DNA of 64,000 nt. Origin: Paraphysomonas bandaiensis (lineage: Eukaryota; Protista; Chrysophyceae). Numbering within the stretch: the first letter of the stretch is position 1; each line of letters starts with the position of its first letter. This document shows, in pieces, positions 12,105-23,700 of this stretch. The stretch is from contig CBFFRP010000199.1 in NCBI GenBank assembly GCA_965644295.1, forward strand, positions 310,001 to 374,000, read 5' to 3'. Under the pieces are notes generated by a model. That model worked only from the letters and a program-made list of their open reading frames with translations. It had not been told where the DNA came from and searched no databases. A program made the translations under genes and the position numbers.

Positions 12105-15100
12105 ATGTCAGTTCAAGTTACAAGTTACGACTCAACCGACTCGGATTCGACAACCGACAAGCGAAAGGACTCAATGCCAAAATTCGATGCGAAGAACTTC
12201 TCCAGGTGGCAGAAGAAGTGCCGTGCATGGTTCTATCGCAAGCCTAAGATCGTTTATACTCTACAGAACGATCACCCAATTGAGCCTGAAGCAGGAGAAA
12301 ACTCAGATGACGAGGACTACCAGTATCGACTCGAACAGTATCAGGATGCGAAACGATATTATGATGAAGGTAATAACTACCTATGGTCAGTCATTGCAAG
12401 CTCTATCATTGGTCAGAATGAAGAGGCTGAAGGGATTTTGGAGAACGTCCCCGATGGAGACGGTAAAACCGCCTGGACGGACTTGCTCAACCACTTCAAA
12501 GAAAAAACGACTAACGATGTAATCACCGATCTGATTGGCCAGTTTCAGAGCATAAAAATCAAAAAAGGTCAGTCGATAATCAACTTTCTTGACGCTGTCG
12601 AAAAGCTCCGAAACAAGCTGATTAATTATGGTCATCGGATAAGTGACCAAGATCTCATATCACGCATTCGACAAGGCCTGGTATCCAAAGAAAATATGAC
12701 GTATCGTGAACTGGCGATCAACCTGCAGATGCACCCTATCGATGACTACAAAACACTCATACGCAGACTACGCGGATTAGGAAGCTCGTCTGTTGGAATG
12801 CTCTTGTCAAGCAACGAAGAATCAAAAACCGACAGTATTCAGCTTGCAGCCTCAAAACCCCCATTTTCCCGAAATAAAGTGAATTCTAAACGCAAAAAGG
12901 GGACATCTTTCAGAAACCGTTCCAATAAACCGAAACATGACAAGAGAGCTGACAAGGACATTAAGTGTTTCCGATGCGATGGAAAAGGACACATCGCTTC
13001 AGAATGCAAACACTCATGGGAAAGGATCCAACAAATGAAGAGTTCCTCTGGAAACAAATCAACCAGTAGGAAATTCAAAAAAGTTAGATTCCAGACCCAC
13101 CAGAGCACTGAAAACGACGAATCCGACCAGTTTGCAGATTATGAAGACAGTGGTCCACTACAACAGAAAGGACGAGACTTCGGAGGAGTCGGATATCCAA
13201 CAAACGACGAAACAAACTTCGTTTTTGATCAAGAAGCCGGAATGGGAACCCTTGATTCTGGCTGCACAGTCTCCATTACACCTGAAGCCGGATACATCAC
13301 CAATTATGAGGAATGCCTCACCGACATTCAAACAGCTAAGTCAGGATCGACTATGACCTCTTCAGGACATGGAAGACTTGGTATTATCCCCAAGTGCAAG
13401 CACGTGGACCATGCTTCAAGGACACTCGTGTCCATCAGCCAATTAGATGACCTAGGGTATAAAATCTTGTTCGGAAACCAATCAGTTGAGATATATAAAG
13501 ATGAAATACTGCTATCAAAGGGTAAGAGAGTTGGAGGCCTATATGAAATTCCGTTAACAGACCTCGGTACTCCTATTGACGTATCCCACCTTGCTTCAAC
13601 TGCTTCAGGCCCACTCGCAACTCTAGCACATAAGAGATTGGCACATTCTTCAATTGGACTCATACAGAAAGCTGTACAGTCAAAATTAGTAACGGGTATT
13701 AAGTTAACGAAGTCGGAGATGAATGCTACTTCTTTACCGGGTGGCCTATGTGATGGTTGTGCTAGTGGTAAATCTCATCGCCGAAAACATAGACACGCTA
13801 TCAGACAAATGCTGCTCAAGCGTGTAAGAAGAGCAAATGAGCTGGGGGAGCTAGTAGTAGCCGATTTTTCTGGACCCCATGCACCAGAGGCAATCATTAC
13901 TGGCAACCGTTACATACTCGGGATGACAGATGTAGCTTCCAGACACCAATGGGACTCCTACGGACCAACGAGAGATGAAGATTTCGTCATCCAATCCATC
14001 CAGAAAGTTGTCATGTATCTACATAGTAAAGGCAAACGACTACAACATTATCATGCGGATGGGGGGAAGGAGCTGGTATCAAGAAAAGTTCTAGAGTATC
14101 TTCAATCAATAGGGGCTACATGGACTTTCAACTCCCCGTATACCCCCGAGGATAACCCATTCCAAGAGCGATCATGGCGGACAACTAAAGAACGAGCACT
14201 CAGCAGCCTTATCGACTCTGGACTCCCACCGAATTTCTGGGAACAAGCCTCAAAGGCGACAATACACATCAAGAACAGGTTACCGTGTCAAACAGCTAAA
14301 GGATTTATGTCTCCACTTCAGTTTATCGAAAACGAAATACCAGACTTGAGTTATGCCAGAATATGGGGATGTAAATGCTTTGTGAATATCGATTCCAGTC
14401 TCCGAAAGAACAATTGGGACAGACATAGCTGGCCTGGGTATTTTATGGGCTATCGAGAGGATGGTCCTGGATATATAGTCTTCGTTCCCGCATTAAGAGA
14501 CTTTGTTATATCAGGACATGTATTTTTCAACGAATGTGTTCCACCAGCGGATAAGAGATATTTTAAGGAGATAAATGAGATCTTCAGAGAGAATGAGACC
14601 TCCAGGACAGTAGAAAGTTTCAAATATCTCATAGGTCTAGCTCATGTAGATCCAGACGATGGATTAACATATGTAACGACTCAAATAAAGCTCAGAAAAG
14701 GATTAATCGCAGCGTATCGTGGTCTAGTGGACGACAGCGGTGACAAGACACGACTCATCCAGCTCGAAGACCCCATTCATGCTGCAGACGTCGAAAAGTA
14801 TACTGAAGACTACATTGAACTCAAAGCAGTTGGTCTCAAATGTAATACTTCTCGATCGAAAAATCCAATACATAAATCCAGCAAATCAGATCGAGACCCC
14901 GATACAGTTAATGGATCTCCAGCGCCAGACGCTACTTCCAGGGGGAGTGGCGTGAATCTAAGACATCATGATGCCGCGCAGGAGAGAATCAGCAGCCATC
15001 GGTGTGAACCTACCCACTCCGATGCAAAGATAGCGAAGACTCGCCCTCCGAAAAAATTCAATGGGAATCTAGTGCCGAATCCGGCACCACACGGTCAAGT

Positions 15101-15449
15101 GGATCGTGTGCGTCAGCGTGTGGCCAAACGCTGCAACAAGCCTGCTGATTCATCGGGAGATTGGGAAAATCAGGATACACCTGAAGGGCCAAGTAAGGTC
15201 CGTGCTACAGCAAAACAACAATTTTTAGCTGGTAAAAAGAGTGTTCTCCGAAGCAAGAGAATGGCCAGGAAACGGGTAATTGTAAATATACATAAACTTG
15301 GTGATGGTGTATATACATGTGATGTAAATGCCAAACATGTAGTAAATCATATGGCACATGACACACAATGTATATCAAAATTACATACAAACAATATTGA
15401 TATTGTTATGCATGCTATCAGTAATTGCGATGACATTGACGAGCTATAA
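12105..15449 (+). CDS. Copia Gag-protease-integrase polyprotein
   Basis: CCHC knuckle CFRCDGKGHIASEC, protease LDSGCT, HHCC-type AHKRLAH..CDGC, and integrase core VADFSGP/HADGGKE/QER. Confidence 0.95.
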   Translation: MSVQVTSYDSTDSDSTTDKRKDSMPKFDAKNFSRWQKKCRAWFYRKPKIVYTLQNDHPIEPEAGENSDDEDYQYRLEQYQDAKRYYDEGNNYLWSVIASSIIGQNEEAEGILENVPDGDGKTAWTDLLNHFKEKTTNDVITDLIGQFQSIKIKKGQSIINFLDAVEKLRNKLINYGHRISDQDLISRIRQGLVSKENMTYRELAINLQMHPIDDYKTLIRRLRGLGSSSVGMLLSSNEESKTDSIQLAASKPPFSRNKVNSKRKKGTSFRNRSNKPKHDKRADKDIKCFRCDGKGHIASECKHSWERIQQMKSSSGNKSTSRKFKKVRFQTHQSTENDESDQFADYEDSGPLQQKGRDFGGVGYPTNDETNFVFDQEAGMGTLDSGCTVSITPEAGYITNYEECLTDIQTAKSGSTMTSSGHGRLGIIPKCKHVDHASRTLVSISQLDDLGYKILFGNQSVEIYKDEILLSKGKRVGGLYEIPLTDLGTPIDVSHLASTASGPLATLAHKRLAHSSIGLIQKAVQSKLVTGIKLTKSEMNATSLPGGLCDGCASGKSHRRKHRHAIRQMLLKRVRRANELGELVVADFSGPHAPEAIITGNRYILGMTDVASRHQWDSYGPTRDEDFVIQSIQKVVMYLHSKGKRLQHYHADGGKELVSRKVLEYLQSIGATWTFNSPYTPEDNPFQERSWRTTKERALSSLIDSGLPPNFWEQASKATIHIKNRLPCQTAKGFMSPLQFIENEIPDLSYARIWGCKCFVNIDSSLRKNNWDRHSWPGYFMGYREDGPGYIVFVPALRDFVISGHVFFNECVPPADKRYFKEINEIFRENETSRTVESFKYLIGLAHVDPDDGLTYVTTQIKLRKGLIAAYRGLVDDSGDKTRLIQLEDPIHAADVEKYTEDYIELKAVGLKCNTSRSKNPIHKSSKSDRDPDTVNGSPAPDATSRGSGVNLRHHDAAQERISSHRCEPTHSDAKIAKTRPPKKFNGNLVPNPAPHGQVDRVRQRVAKRCNKPADSSGDWENQDTPEGPSKVRATAKQQFLAGKKSVLRSKRMARKRVIVNIHKLGDGVYTCDVNAKHVVNHMAHDTQCISKLHTNNIDIVMHAISNCDDIDEL

Positions 15450-17101
15450 CCGATACACCAAAGAGTGTTCAAGATGCTATTTCAGGTAAATATAAACAGC
15501 AGTGGATCGATGCTATCAATAGAGAAATATCCACTCTTCAGAGGAAAGGGTGCTGGAGATACACTGCGTTACCACCTGGAGCAAGAGCCATAAAGGGGAA
15601 ACTCATATTCAAAATAAAAAGAAAACAGAATGATATCAAATTCAAGGCTCGACTAGTCGCACAGGGTTTTACTCAAATCCAAGGCATCGATTACAATGAT
15701 ACATACAGCCCCGTCGCGAAGGCTACATCACTACGTACAATTATTGCCCTTTCGACTATTATGAAACTCAAATTGCACCAAATCGATTTCACAACTGCGT
15801 ACATCAATGCTGACCTCGAAGAGGACATATACATGCATCCCCCTCCTGGCATGGACGTCCCTGACGGAAAAGTCCTCAAACTGATGAAAAGCATCTATGG
15901 TCTAAAGCAAGCAGGTCTTAACTGGTATAAGTGCTGTACAAATTTTATGCTAGATATGGGTTTCACCAGACTAATATCTGACCCGTGTATATTCAAAAAG
16001 CAGATTAATGGCAGGATTATGCTAATAGCCATGTATGTGGACGATATTATTATAGCATCCACATCCGACACTGATATCCAACAATTCAAAAACCATTTAT
16101 CCAAAAAGTTCGAAATTACGGATCTCGGACTCCTAGATTATTACTTGGGCATCTCCATTCATCAAGATTTTGACAAAAATATCACAACTCTCAGTCAGGA
16201 GCAATATGTCAGAAAACTACTGGACAAATTCAACATGTCCGACAGTAAACCCATGTCAACACCTATGTTACTGTCTTTCAACTATGATTTACATGAATAC
16301 AATCATCTTTCAGAGTCAAATCAAAGTTATGTTCAGAATTTCCCCTACAAGGAGCTCATAGGTTCCCTGATGTATCTAGCTGTATGCACTCGACCGGATA
16401 TCGCCTATGCAGTCAATACTCTTGCCAGATTTTCTGATATGCCTAATCTAACTACCTGTAATGCTGCGTTACATGTTCTTAGGTATCTCAAAGGCACTGC
16501 TAAGCAAGGATTGATATATTCTGGATCCCACATAACATTATCAGGATACTGCGATAGCGATTGGGCACGGTGTCACCTCACTCGACGGTCCACTACAGCT
16601 TTTACATTCTTCATAGGTAATTGTCTTATATCATGGCAATCTCGATTACAGACAACTGTGGCATTGTCATCTACTGAAGCTGAGTATATGGCCTTATCGT
16701 CAGCAGCTCAGGAAGCATTATGGCTACGCTCTTTATTATCAGAAATTGGTTTCAAACTTCCATTCTCAACAACTATTTGGTGCGATAATAAAGGGGCAGT
16801 CCAATTATGCTACAATCCTACTCATCATCGTCGTACGAAACATATTGCGATACGGTATCATTTCATTCGAGAAAATATTGCCGAAAACCAATTGACTGTT
16901 GACCATATTCCCACCACGTCAATGTTAGCCGATCTTCTCACGAAACCACTAGGAGCCACTAATTTTCTTCAATTGCGAACTACATTGATGGGGGGAGCTG
17001 GGTTCGACATCCCATCCAGCAACAACAGAAAGCGATCAACAATATCAGAGACACCTAAATCACAATTAACAAGCCACAAGCGACCTAGGTGGCTAGTTTG
17101 A
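15440..17101 (+). CDS. Copia reverse transcriptase-RNase H, in the -1 frame relative to ORF1
   Basis: The frame is open from 15440: TPKSVQDA..WIDAINRE..KARLVAQG..YVDD..YCDSDWA..ADLLTKPL. Confidence 0.93.
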   Translation, partial: RAITDTPKSVQDAISGKYKQQWIDAINREISTLQRKGCWRYTALPPGARAIKGKLIFKIKRKQNDIKFKARLVAQGFTQIQGIDYNDTYSPVAKATSLRTIIALSTIMKLKLHQIDFTTAYINADLEEDIYMHPPPGMDVPDGKVLKLMKSIYGLKQAGLNWYKCCTNFMLDMGFTRLISDPCIFKKQINGRIMLIAMYVDDIIIASTSDTDIQQFKNHLSKKFEITDLGLLDYYLGISIHQDFDKNITTLSQEQYVRKLLDKFNMSDSKPMSTPMLLSFNYDLHEYNHLSESNQSYVQNFPYKELIGSLMYLAVCTRPDIAYAVNTLARFSDMPNLTTCNAALHVLRYLKGTAKQGLIYSGSHITLSGYCDSDWARCHLTRRSTTAFTFFIGNCLISWQSRLQTTVALSSTEAEYMALSSAAQEALWLRSLLSEIGFKLPFSTTIWCDNKGAVQLCYNPTHHRRTKHIAIRYHFIRENIAENQLTVDHIPTTSMLADLLTKPLGATNFLQLRTTLMGGAGFDIPSSNNRKRSTISETPKSQLTSHKRPRWLV

Positions 17102-17301
17102 GTTACACGGAGTTTTTACCATTTTTTTTTACTTTTATTCAATACATCATGCTGGACTAGAAGGATAGTCTCACAATACAGCATCTCTGCAGTTCGCTTG
17201 TTATTGGATAGTGACTGCTACTCTGGTTTTTACTCTCAGTGTGCACAAGTTCATATTCTCTCTATTATTTACGGTTCACTGATTATTTCATTGAGGGGGC
17301 G

Positions 17302-17566
17302 TATTAGGATTCAGCTTAATACATGATTGTATCTGTGAGTTATAATATTCAATGAAATATACCATGAACTGAATTAGAGAGAGTATCTGTCGAAGATACG
17401 TGATCGTCATCATAACGTCGTCATTATCAGTTACACTTCTAACTATTCCGTTGTGCATGATAGTACGTTCTATATTGTTATTCATAATTTTCACTCTATC
17501 GTGTTCATTACTTACACTCTAATAATCACAACATTGTTTTACTATTATAAAGATCAATTCTTTATT
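17302..17566 (+). repeat. 3' LTR of copia element
   Basis: Follows the polypurine tract and is followed by TSD ATACC at 17567-17571. Confidence 0.97.
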
Positions 17567-18415
17567 ATACCTAACACCAAACCCTCTTGCTGCACTCACA
17601 CCTATCGAGTCATTGTTCCGCTAAATCCCCATATACCATACACACACCGACCACAGACTGCCAAGCCGTCCAAACCAGAGCCACAGAAACCAGAAACCCT
17701 TTCCCGCAATCGCAAAGTGCCAGTAAAGATACCACTGTAAGGATCTCCCTGCTCTTATCTGCCAACGCAGATCAGATTACCTGGGTCCTTTCTCATATCC
17801 CGAGCGCCGGAACACAGACAAAGTCATCTCAACTTTCAAAAACCATATGATGTATTTCTCTCAAAAGCGGTGGGAGTATAAATAAGAAGACAATAAATGA
17901 AACTCTAGGGACACAAAACCACAAGGTCACATCGCTTCCAGCTCACACACCATATACTCAACGTAACCGTCATCCCACGAAGCACATCCACTTGGCGTGT
18001 TTAAGCGCTCTGTCACCCCCTACAGACGACAACAACTCTTACACTTCTGACCACAATCCCTCACACGTAGTGCATCCATCCAACGTACTACACTCATATC
18101 AACCTTATACCCCCACCATTAACCGCAAGATACATGCCACCTAAAGGACGTTTTCTCGACTAAGTACCATCTTCGAAACGGCTGTGAACCATGATGCTTG
18201 CAGTAATACACAAGCAGTTCAACAACGCAGGGGGCTGTGCTCATACCAAAGCAGAAAGTAGCTACATGTAAGTTAAAATGAGTCGAATAATATTGCTTCA
18301 TTATTTTCAACTTTCACACTTTATACTCTATGATAGTAGTTCACAATAACCTTAGCTTTTAGTACAGACATTAGCCATTCAATACGTTTGTGCTGCATGT
18401 CTGCAATGGTCTATG

Positions 18416-18618
18416 GTAAGAACGGAAGTGGTTGCACCTTGGTACTTGCGTACTTGCGGCGCCGCACAAGCAGCTTCTGTAGCGTTAAATAGTAGGATAT
18501 GAGAGTTTGTACTAGTTAGTTACTGGTAGAGGTCGATCTAGCTTGACTAGTCTTCAACTAACTACATATCTCGTGTCGGTTATTAACGCCTACTGTTAAT
18601 AACAAGACTTTCACACAC
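18416..18618 (+). mobile_element. Short 5'-truncated non-LTR retrotransposon copy (3' UTR only)
   Basis: Matches the blocks at 30840-31030(-), 38157-38342(+) and 58758-58945(-). Flanked by a 10-bp TSD ATGGTCTATG (18406-18415, 18619-18628) and has a short (CA)n tail. Confidence 0.85.
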
Positions 18619-18835
18619 ATGGTCTATGCGTCTATGCCAGGGCCTTAAATCATTAAAACTATAATGTTGACCATTTTAGTACGCATAAGTACCAAAGTTG
18701 ATAAAAAGATAGCGGAAAAATGCATTATTTATTGTAAATGATGCGTTGGATGACACCAAAACTAAAAACTACACAAGTATAATCTCCATCACACGATTTG
18801 ATTAATAAATGATAACATTGTAAGCTTCCTTCAGA

Positions 18836-19993
18836 CTACATTTTTGACATTAAGATCAGACCATTTTGCAGCTTGCGATCGAACTGTTTTAACCAATCAT
18901 CATACACACGAAAATGCTTTTTAACTTGATTCTGATAATCGCGATGTGTTTTAGCTTTCAAAGCCGCCGAGCGATTTAGATCAGCCTCTGAAGTACCTGC
19001 ATTAATATCTTTAGTGCCAAGCAGTCCATCGCAGAGTGGTGGGAGATGATTCGAAGTACTTCGTAGTGGATGCTGGGAAGGTGACTTACGTCCTCGTAAT
19101 TCAGAGACTCTGTCCGCCGATTGTGGCGCTTTATAATTGGTTCGAGCTATCGCAGCACTATCATTTGGTTTATCAGCATAGTCTGTACTCAACATCACAG
19201 GTTCTGTAAATGCCCCAACTCTTTCAATGCCTTCGCAAAGAACTTCAAGAGATATTGCCTTTTTGTTCTTGATATCTAAAAAATTGAAGAGGTCACGCAC
19301 TCTAATTTGCCTGTCACGCATGAAGTCCTGTAGGTACGGAATAATCGGACCAGAGCTCATCATTATTGCTTTGCAGTCAGCAGTTCGATGGATCCGCCTG
19401 AAACCTTTTGAGACTTCTTGATAACTAAGATCACCATCTCCGTTGGGGTCCAAATACTTTAGCATGATAGTGAGGTCGTGCTTAGTGAACAATGATGCAC
19501 CTAAGTCCTCGCACAGTTTATTCATACCTGTCTCGAACTCTAGCCATGTTAACTTTCCATCGCCTTTGTTCGCTTGACTCGTATCAACTTCTTTGAACCA
19601 CATTTTCGGTGTCAATGATTTTATCTTTAGTAGAAACTCAAAAGTATTCATCAACCGTCGAGCGTGATACTCTTCATCTTTATTCTTATGAGCTCGTTTA
19701 ACTTTACGAAAGGCAGATTCCATTTCATCTAGCGTGATGCCATATGACTCATCACTTCCACATGATTTCATGAATCTATACACCTGTCGAATATCTTTCA
19801 CTGTAAAGTATCCGTATTTGTCGTTATTTTCTAGTGATAACCGCTCTGTGGGCTTTGAAACGGGCGACATGTGAATCGACTCTTTCGATACTTTTAATTT
19901 CGCGTTGTCTTGAAATGCATCAATGTGCGGTAGAGTTGGCCGCTCAGAGAATGGGAAGGGAGAGTGACCGTAAGACAAGTCCATCTTCGCCAT
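18836..19993 (-). CDS. EF-hand domain protein, intronless
   Basis: 385-aa ORF with EF-hand loops DPNGDGDLSYQE, DTSQANKGDGKLTWLEF and DIKNKKAISLE. Confidence 0.85.
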   Translation of the reverse strand: MAKMDLSYGHSPFPFSERPTLPHIDAFQDNAKLKVSKESIHMSPVSKPTERLSLENNDKYGYFTVKDIRQVYRFMKSCGSDESYGITLDEMESAFRKVKRAHKNKDEEYHARRLMNTFEFLLKIKSLTPKMWFKEVDTSQANKGDGKLTWLEFETGMNKLCEDLGASLFTKHDLTIMLKYLDPNGDGDLSYQEVSKGFRRIHRTADCKAIMMSSGPIIPYLQDFMRDRQIRVRDLFNFLDIKNKKAISLEVLCEGIERVGAFTEPVMLSTDYADKPNDSAAIARTNYKAPQSADRVSELRGRKSPSQHPLRSTSNHLPPLCDGLLGTKDINAGTSEADLNRSAALKAKTHRDYQNQVKKHFRVYDDWLKQFDRKLQNGLILMSKM

Positions 19994-20770
19994 GAGTGCA
20001 GCCTTACCGTACAGGACGTTACGTGTTATCTATTGATAGTTTAGTTAATTCGGTTCGATGACCATGGTATGAATCAGACCGCACAGGGTGGCAGTTAGCT
20101 ATATATATCTGATGGAATGATGACACTGACAGTCACAGTGACCCGCACAGTCGTATGTCACGTACGTAGATGTCTATATGTGTGAGGTCTGTATGTGTGT
20201 GTATGCATATACAGTGAGAACATGAAATGTGTGAAACGCCATATGATACATACATACAGAGTGTATACTGCACTTTTCGCATCGATTATTCCCATATTTT
20301 CCACTTTTTCTAATATTCCGCCCTATAAACTCCAATATGTCGAAAAAACTCCTAAAAAAAGGAGTTCTGTACATATATATACCCGTTATACTCAGTAGTC
20401 GTGTAACTGCTAGCCCAGCATACTGCTGTATGTGTGTCTGTATACATACACCCGCATACATACATATACATACATGCATACACAGACATCTACAGACTGT
20501 TACTGCATGAGCCTGGCACATCACATACATATCCACATGAGTCCAGTTATAAACATACTGCCAAGAAGGTAGAAGCGACTCACAATCAAGTTTAGTCGTT
20601 TTCATTCTTACCCATTGATAGGTGCTTATAATCGTGCTGTATAATACATTGTGAAGATCTTTACGCTCACTGCACACGCTATCAGCCATAGAGTGAACAC
20701 ATAAATAACCACACGATAAACAGTAACTGTCGCTGCTTATAAGCATCCAACTGTGTTCAAATATTGCAGT

Positions 20771-23700
20771 ATGAAGAAAAAACAAGTACTAGTAGTGAAA
20801 AAGATTGAGAAAGTATCTCCAAAGAAGGAGATATATGTCTCAAGGAAGGCTCAGACCTCTCTGGGAAATGCCGCTGATGTTGAGGAGACTTTCGTGGGAA
20901 ATTCTTCCCCTCAGGTTATAACTTTAATGAATTCAAACTGTTGATTTTCTAACATAACTTTTATACATAGCACCCTATACGAGACTCAACTGATATAGTT
21001 ATATCACGGAGTATATTGGGTGATCCGCGATATTTTGAATCCCTGGATGAAAGCCGCGCTTCTGATGAGCACCCATCTCTGTTGAATACGACTGGAAAAG
21101 GAAAGCTGGGTACTTTAAGCCGTGCGGGAACTGCAAATTCTTCTGTTTTGGGGGGACTGAATTCAACCGGCTCCAGGAAATCTTTTACGAAATCTGGGAG
21201 CACAGTGGTTCCCGATATAGACAAAGACCAGTATATCGACTCTTTGAAAGCAATGACGCTTAGAGCTAAGAAAGTTCGCACGCGGGAGCTTGAGAGAGAA
21301 GCTAGTCTAGTCCAGTATTTGCCTGTTAACGAACGCTTTGATTTAAACAAGGAGGGAAAAGTATTGGCAATGTGGCAAGAGAGACAGAACAAGTGGAATG
21401 GCATTCAGAAGAGGTTAGGCAAAAAGGTTGGGACTTCTGCGACGTCACTTGTCATGAATAGTGGAGATGAATATAGAGCACGGAATGAAGAATACGATAT
21501 TCTTCAAGCTGCGATCCCAGTGCAGGAACGGTTTGGGGCAGACAGTTGGCAAATGCAGTTGCGAGATGGAACTGAACGTTCAGTGTCCATTGGTCACGTG
21601 TTTTCAGGTCTAACATGTGGAGTAAGCATTAAAAGAGTGGTCCCGCCAGCGATTAGAAAGCCAAAGCGTATGGGTCGCAAGAAATTGTCAAATACATTTG
21701 TAGATCCAACTCCATCACTTTTACATCGTCAAAAGCAGCTTCATAAAACTTTGGTTACTCTCCGACCGCATAACCTTGGACCAGCCCATGTAGAAGGCTT
21801 AATCATTGATAGCCAAAGCTTATTTGAATGGGCAATTCAGTCGTCTGAGGAATATTTTTCAAGAAAATCAGACACTGCTGTTCCTGATGAATGTAATACT
21901 CAAGAGGAGGAAATAGAGAATCAACAAAATTCGAACCAGTGTCCGAGTGGCGATACAACTCAGATTTTATTTTTATCTCCGAGAAATATACTATTTAATT
22001 GCGAAGACACGGGTGTTGCTCATCAAGCTGTGATGGTTAAAAACACCGGGACAACAGCAATAACGTACGTGTGGAAGGCCGTTCCAGAAAAGGAGCTGCA
22101 CGAGCCTTCAGACGTTGCTGATGTCATGCTTCGGCGCCAGAATTCCCCAAGGTGTCACACGCTGAGTAAAGCACGATCATATTTTCATTGCTTTCAACCT
22201 ACTGGTCAGATTCTTCCTGGTGACAGTGTTGCGACAATGTTTAGTTTTTCAAGCAGAGGAATGGGTGGATCATTTCATGAGACGTGGATGTTAGACACAT
22301 TGCCTAGGGCTATTGTTTCCTATCAAGAAAATCCGCAATCGGGTCTGCATATGGATAATACAAAGCCGAAAGTGGCTGCTACTCTTCCTTCAACTGTGTA
22401 CATTAAATTGAAAGGTCATGCAAACACATTCGATGAGGACAAACACCTAAGGGATCAAGTTGCATTAAACGTTTCTAGTCAATGCCGCATTGAATATCTA
22501 AAAAATGAGGCTTATCTCAGTGTGCGAAGAGTGAGATCTCCAGTTAGTATATCTGCTCTGAAAGAGAGGAAGGTTGCAAAGTTTATTGAAATTAATGGGT
22601 TACTTTTGGCAGAAAATTGTTCGTTTATGGCACATCCATCGGGACTTCATTTGACATACGATCGGTTTGAGGAATTTATTAATATGTGGGCGAAAACAGT
22701 CGAGTTTGTATCTAATCTACAGTCGTTGTATTCGGACAGAATAGCATCAATCCCTTCTTCTTTGGGTATCGAAGTTTCTGGAGAATCATGTTGCACAGAA
22801 TTGTCCAATCTTCTTGATAAGTCCCAGAAAAGTGCTCGCGATTTACTTTTTCCAGAGAAGAATTTGGTAAGTTTACGAGATTCTTATTTGCGCATTTGTA
22901 ATGTCCTATGCAGGAAGTGTTTGACAGTGTGACTGAAGAAGATATATCACTTAACTGGGATATGGACTTATGCAGATTTTTGGAGATTACAAAATTGTGC
23001 ATTGAATTGGCCGAGTGTATTATGCACATTGATGTTGCAGTGGCTGCTGTAAGTAGAATATGTTTCACTTTCTACTGTTCACTGTATCACAGGCTGAGCG
23101 TGATGCGGAGAAAAAAAGAATTCGTGCTGCTAGAGTTAGTGCAGACTCAGATGAGGATGAGGATGAGGAGGAAGACATCGATGATGAAGACGAGGAAGAT
23201 AATGATGATAGTGGTCTGAAAAGTAGTGACAAGCAAAAAAGTGCTTTAGAGTTGGAGGCACATCGACTGCATAGCTATTTGACACAACAGATGATGTCCC
23301 TTGCTATTAGCCCACATCCAGAGCTTTCGTCAACTTTTCAGCGTGTTATCACCAACACAGTTGATAATTTTTCTGACTTTAAAAACGAATCGTTAGAAAT
23401 TTCATCAATTAACGTGGATGCTGAAATCCCAATTATTCCGAGTGCATTCACCACAAATGAGGGAGCTGAATTTTGGAATAGTATATTGAATCAAGATGGA
23501 GTGACCGGAGGAAAAAAATCAGGGGGGAAATCTCAGAAAGGTGCTATTTCTGACGACCAAAAGAAGAAATATTACTTAAGCATGTATCAACGTGTCCATG
23601 AATCATTGATTCGAGAACTAGTCAGCGGGCTTTGTGCTGTTGACGAAGTATGCCACAATAGTACTGAAAAGAAGCTTGCGGAAACAGGATACAATGATTT

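Larger units (their letters stand above)
11830..17566 (+). mobile_element. Full-length Ty1/copia LTR retrotransposon
   Basis: Identical 265-bp LTRs (11830-12094, 17302-17566), 5-bp TSD ATACC, PBS TGGTAGCGAG, PPT GAGGGGGCG, and domain order gag-PR-IN-RT-RH. Confidence 0.98.
11670..18320 (+). mobile_element. Degenerate 5'-truncated non-LTR retrotransposon with RNase H relic, split by the copia insertion (element sequence ~11670-11829 and 17572-18320)
   Basis: C-rich sequence continues across the copia TSD. Fragments read GVNAYTY..LAAL, TDCQAV and ITWVLSH (RNase H-like), end in PPKGRFLD*, and carry a TGCTTG-N10-CAAGCA hairpin and ACTTTCAC end shared with the other copies. The 5' boundary is approximate. 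Confidence 0.6.

Noticed and set aside
20174-20785. Cys/Tyr/His-rich ORFs here and at 5358-5640, 34057-34421 and 48073-48366
   Set aside because: They arise from low-complexity TA/TG/CA promoter DNA and have no domain signature.
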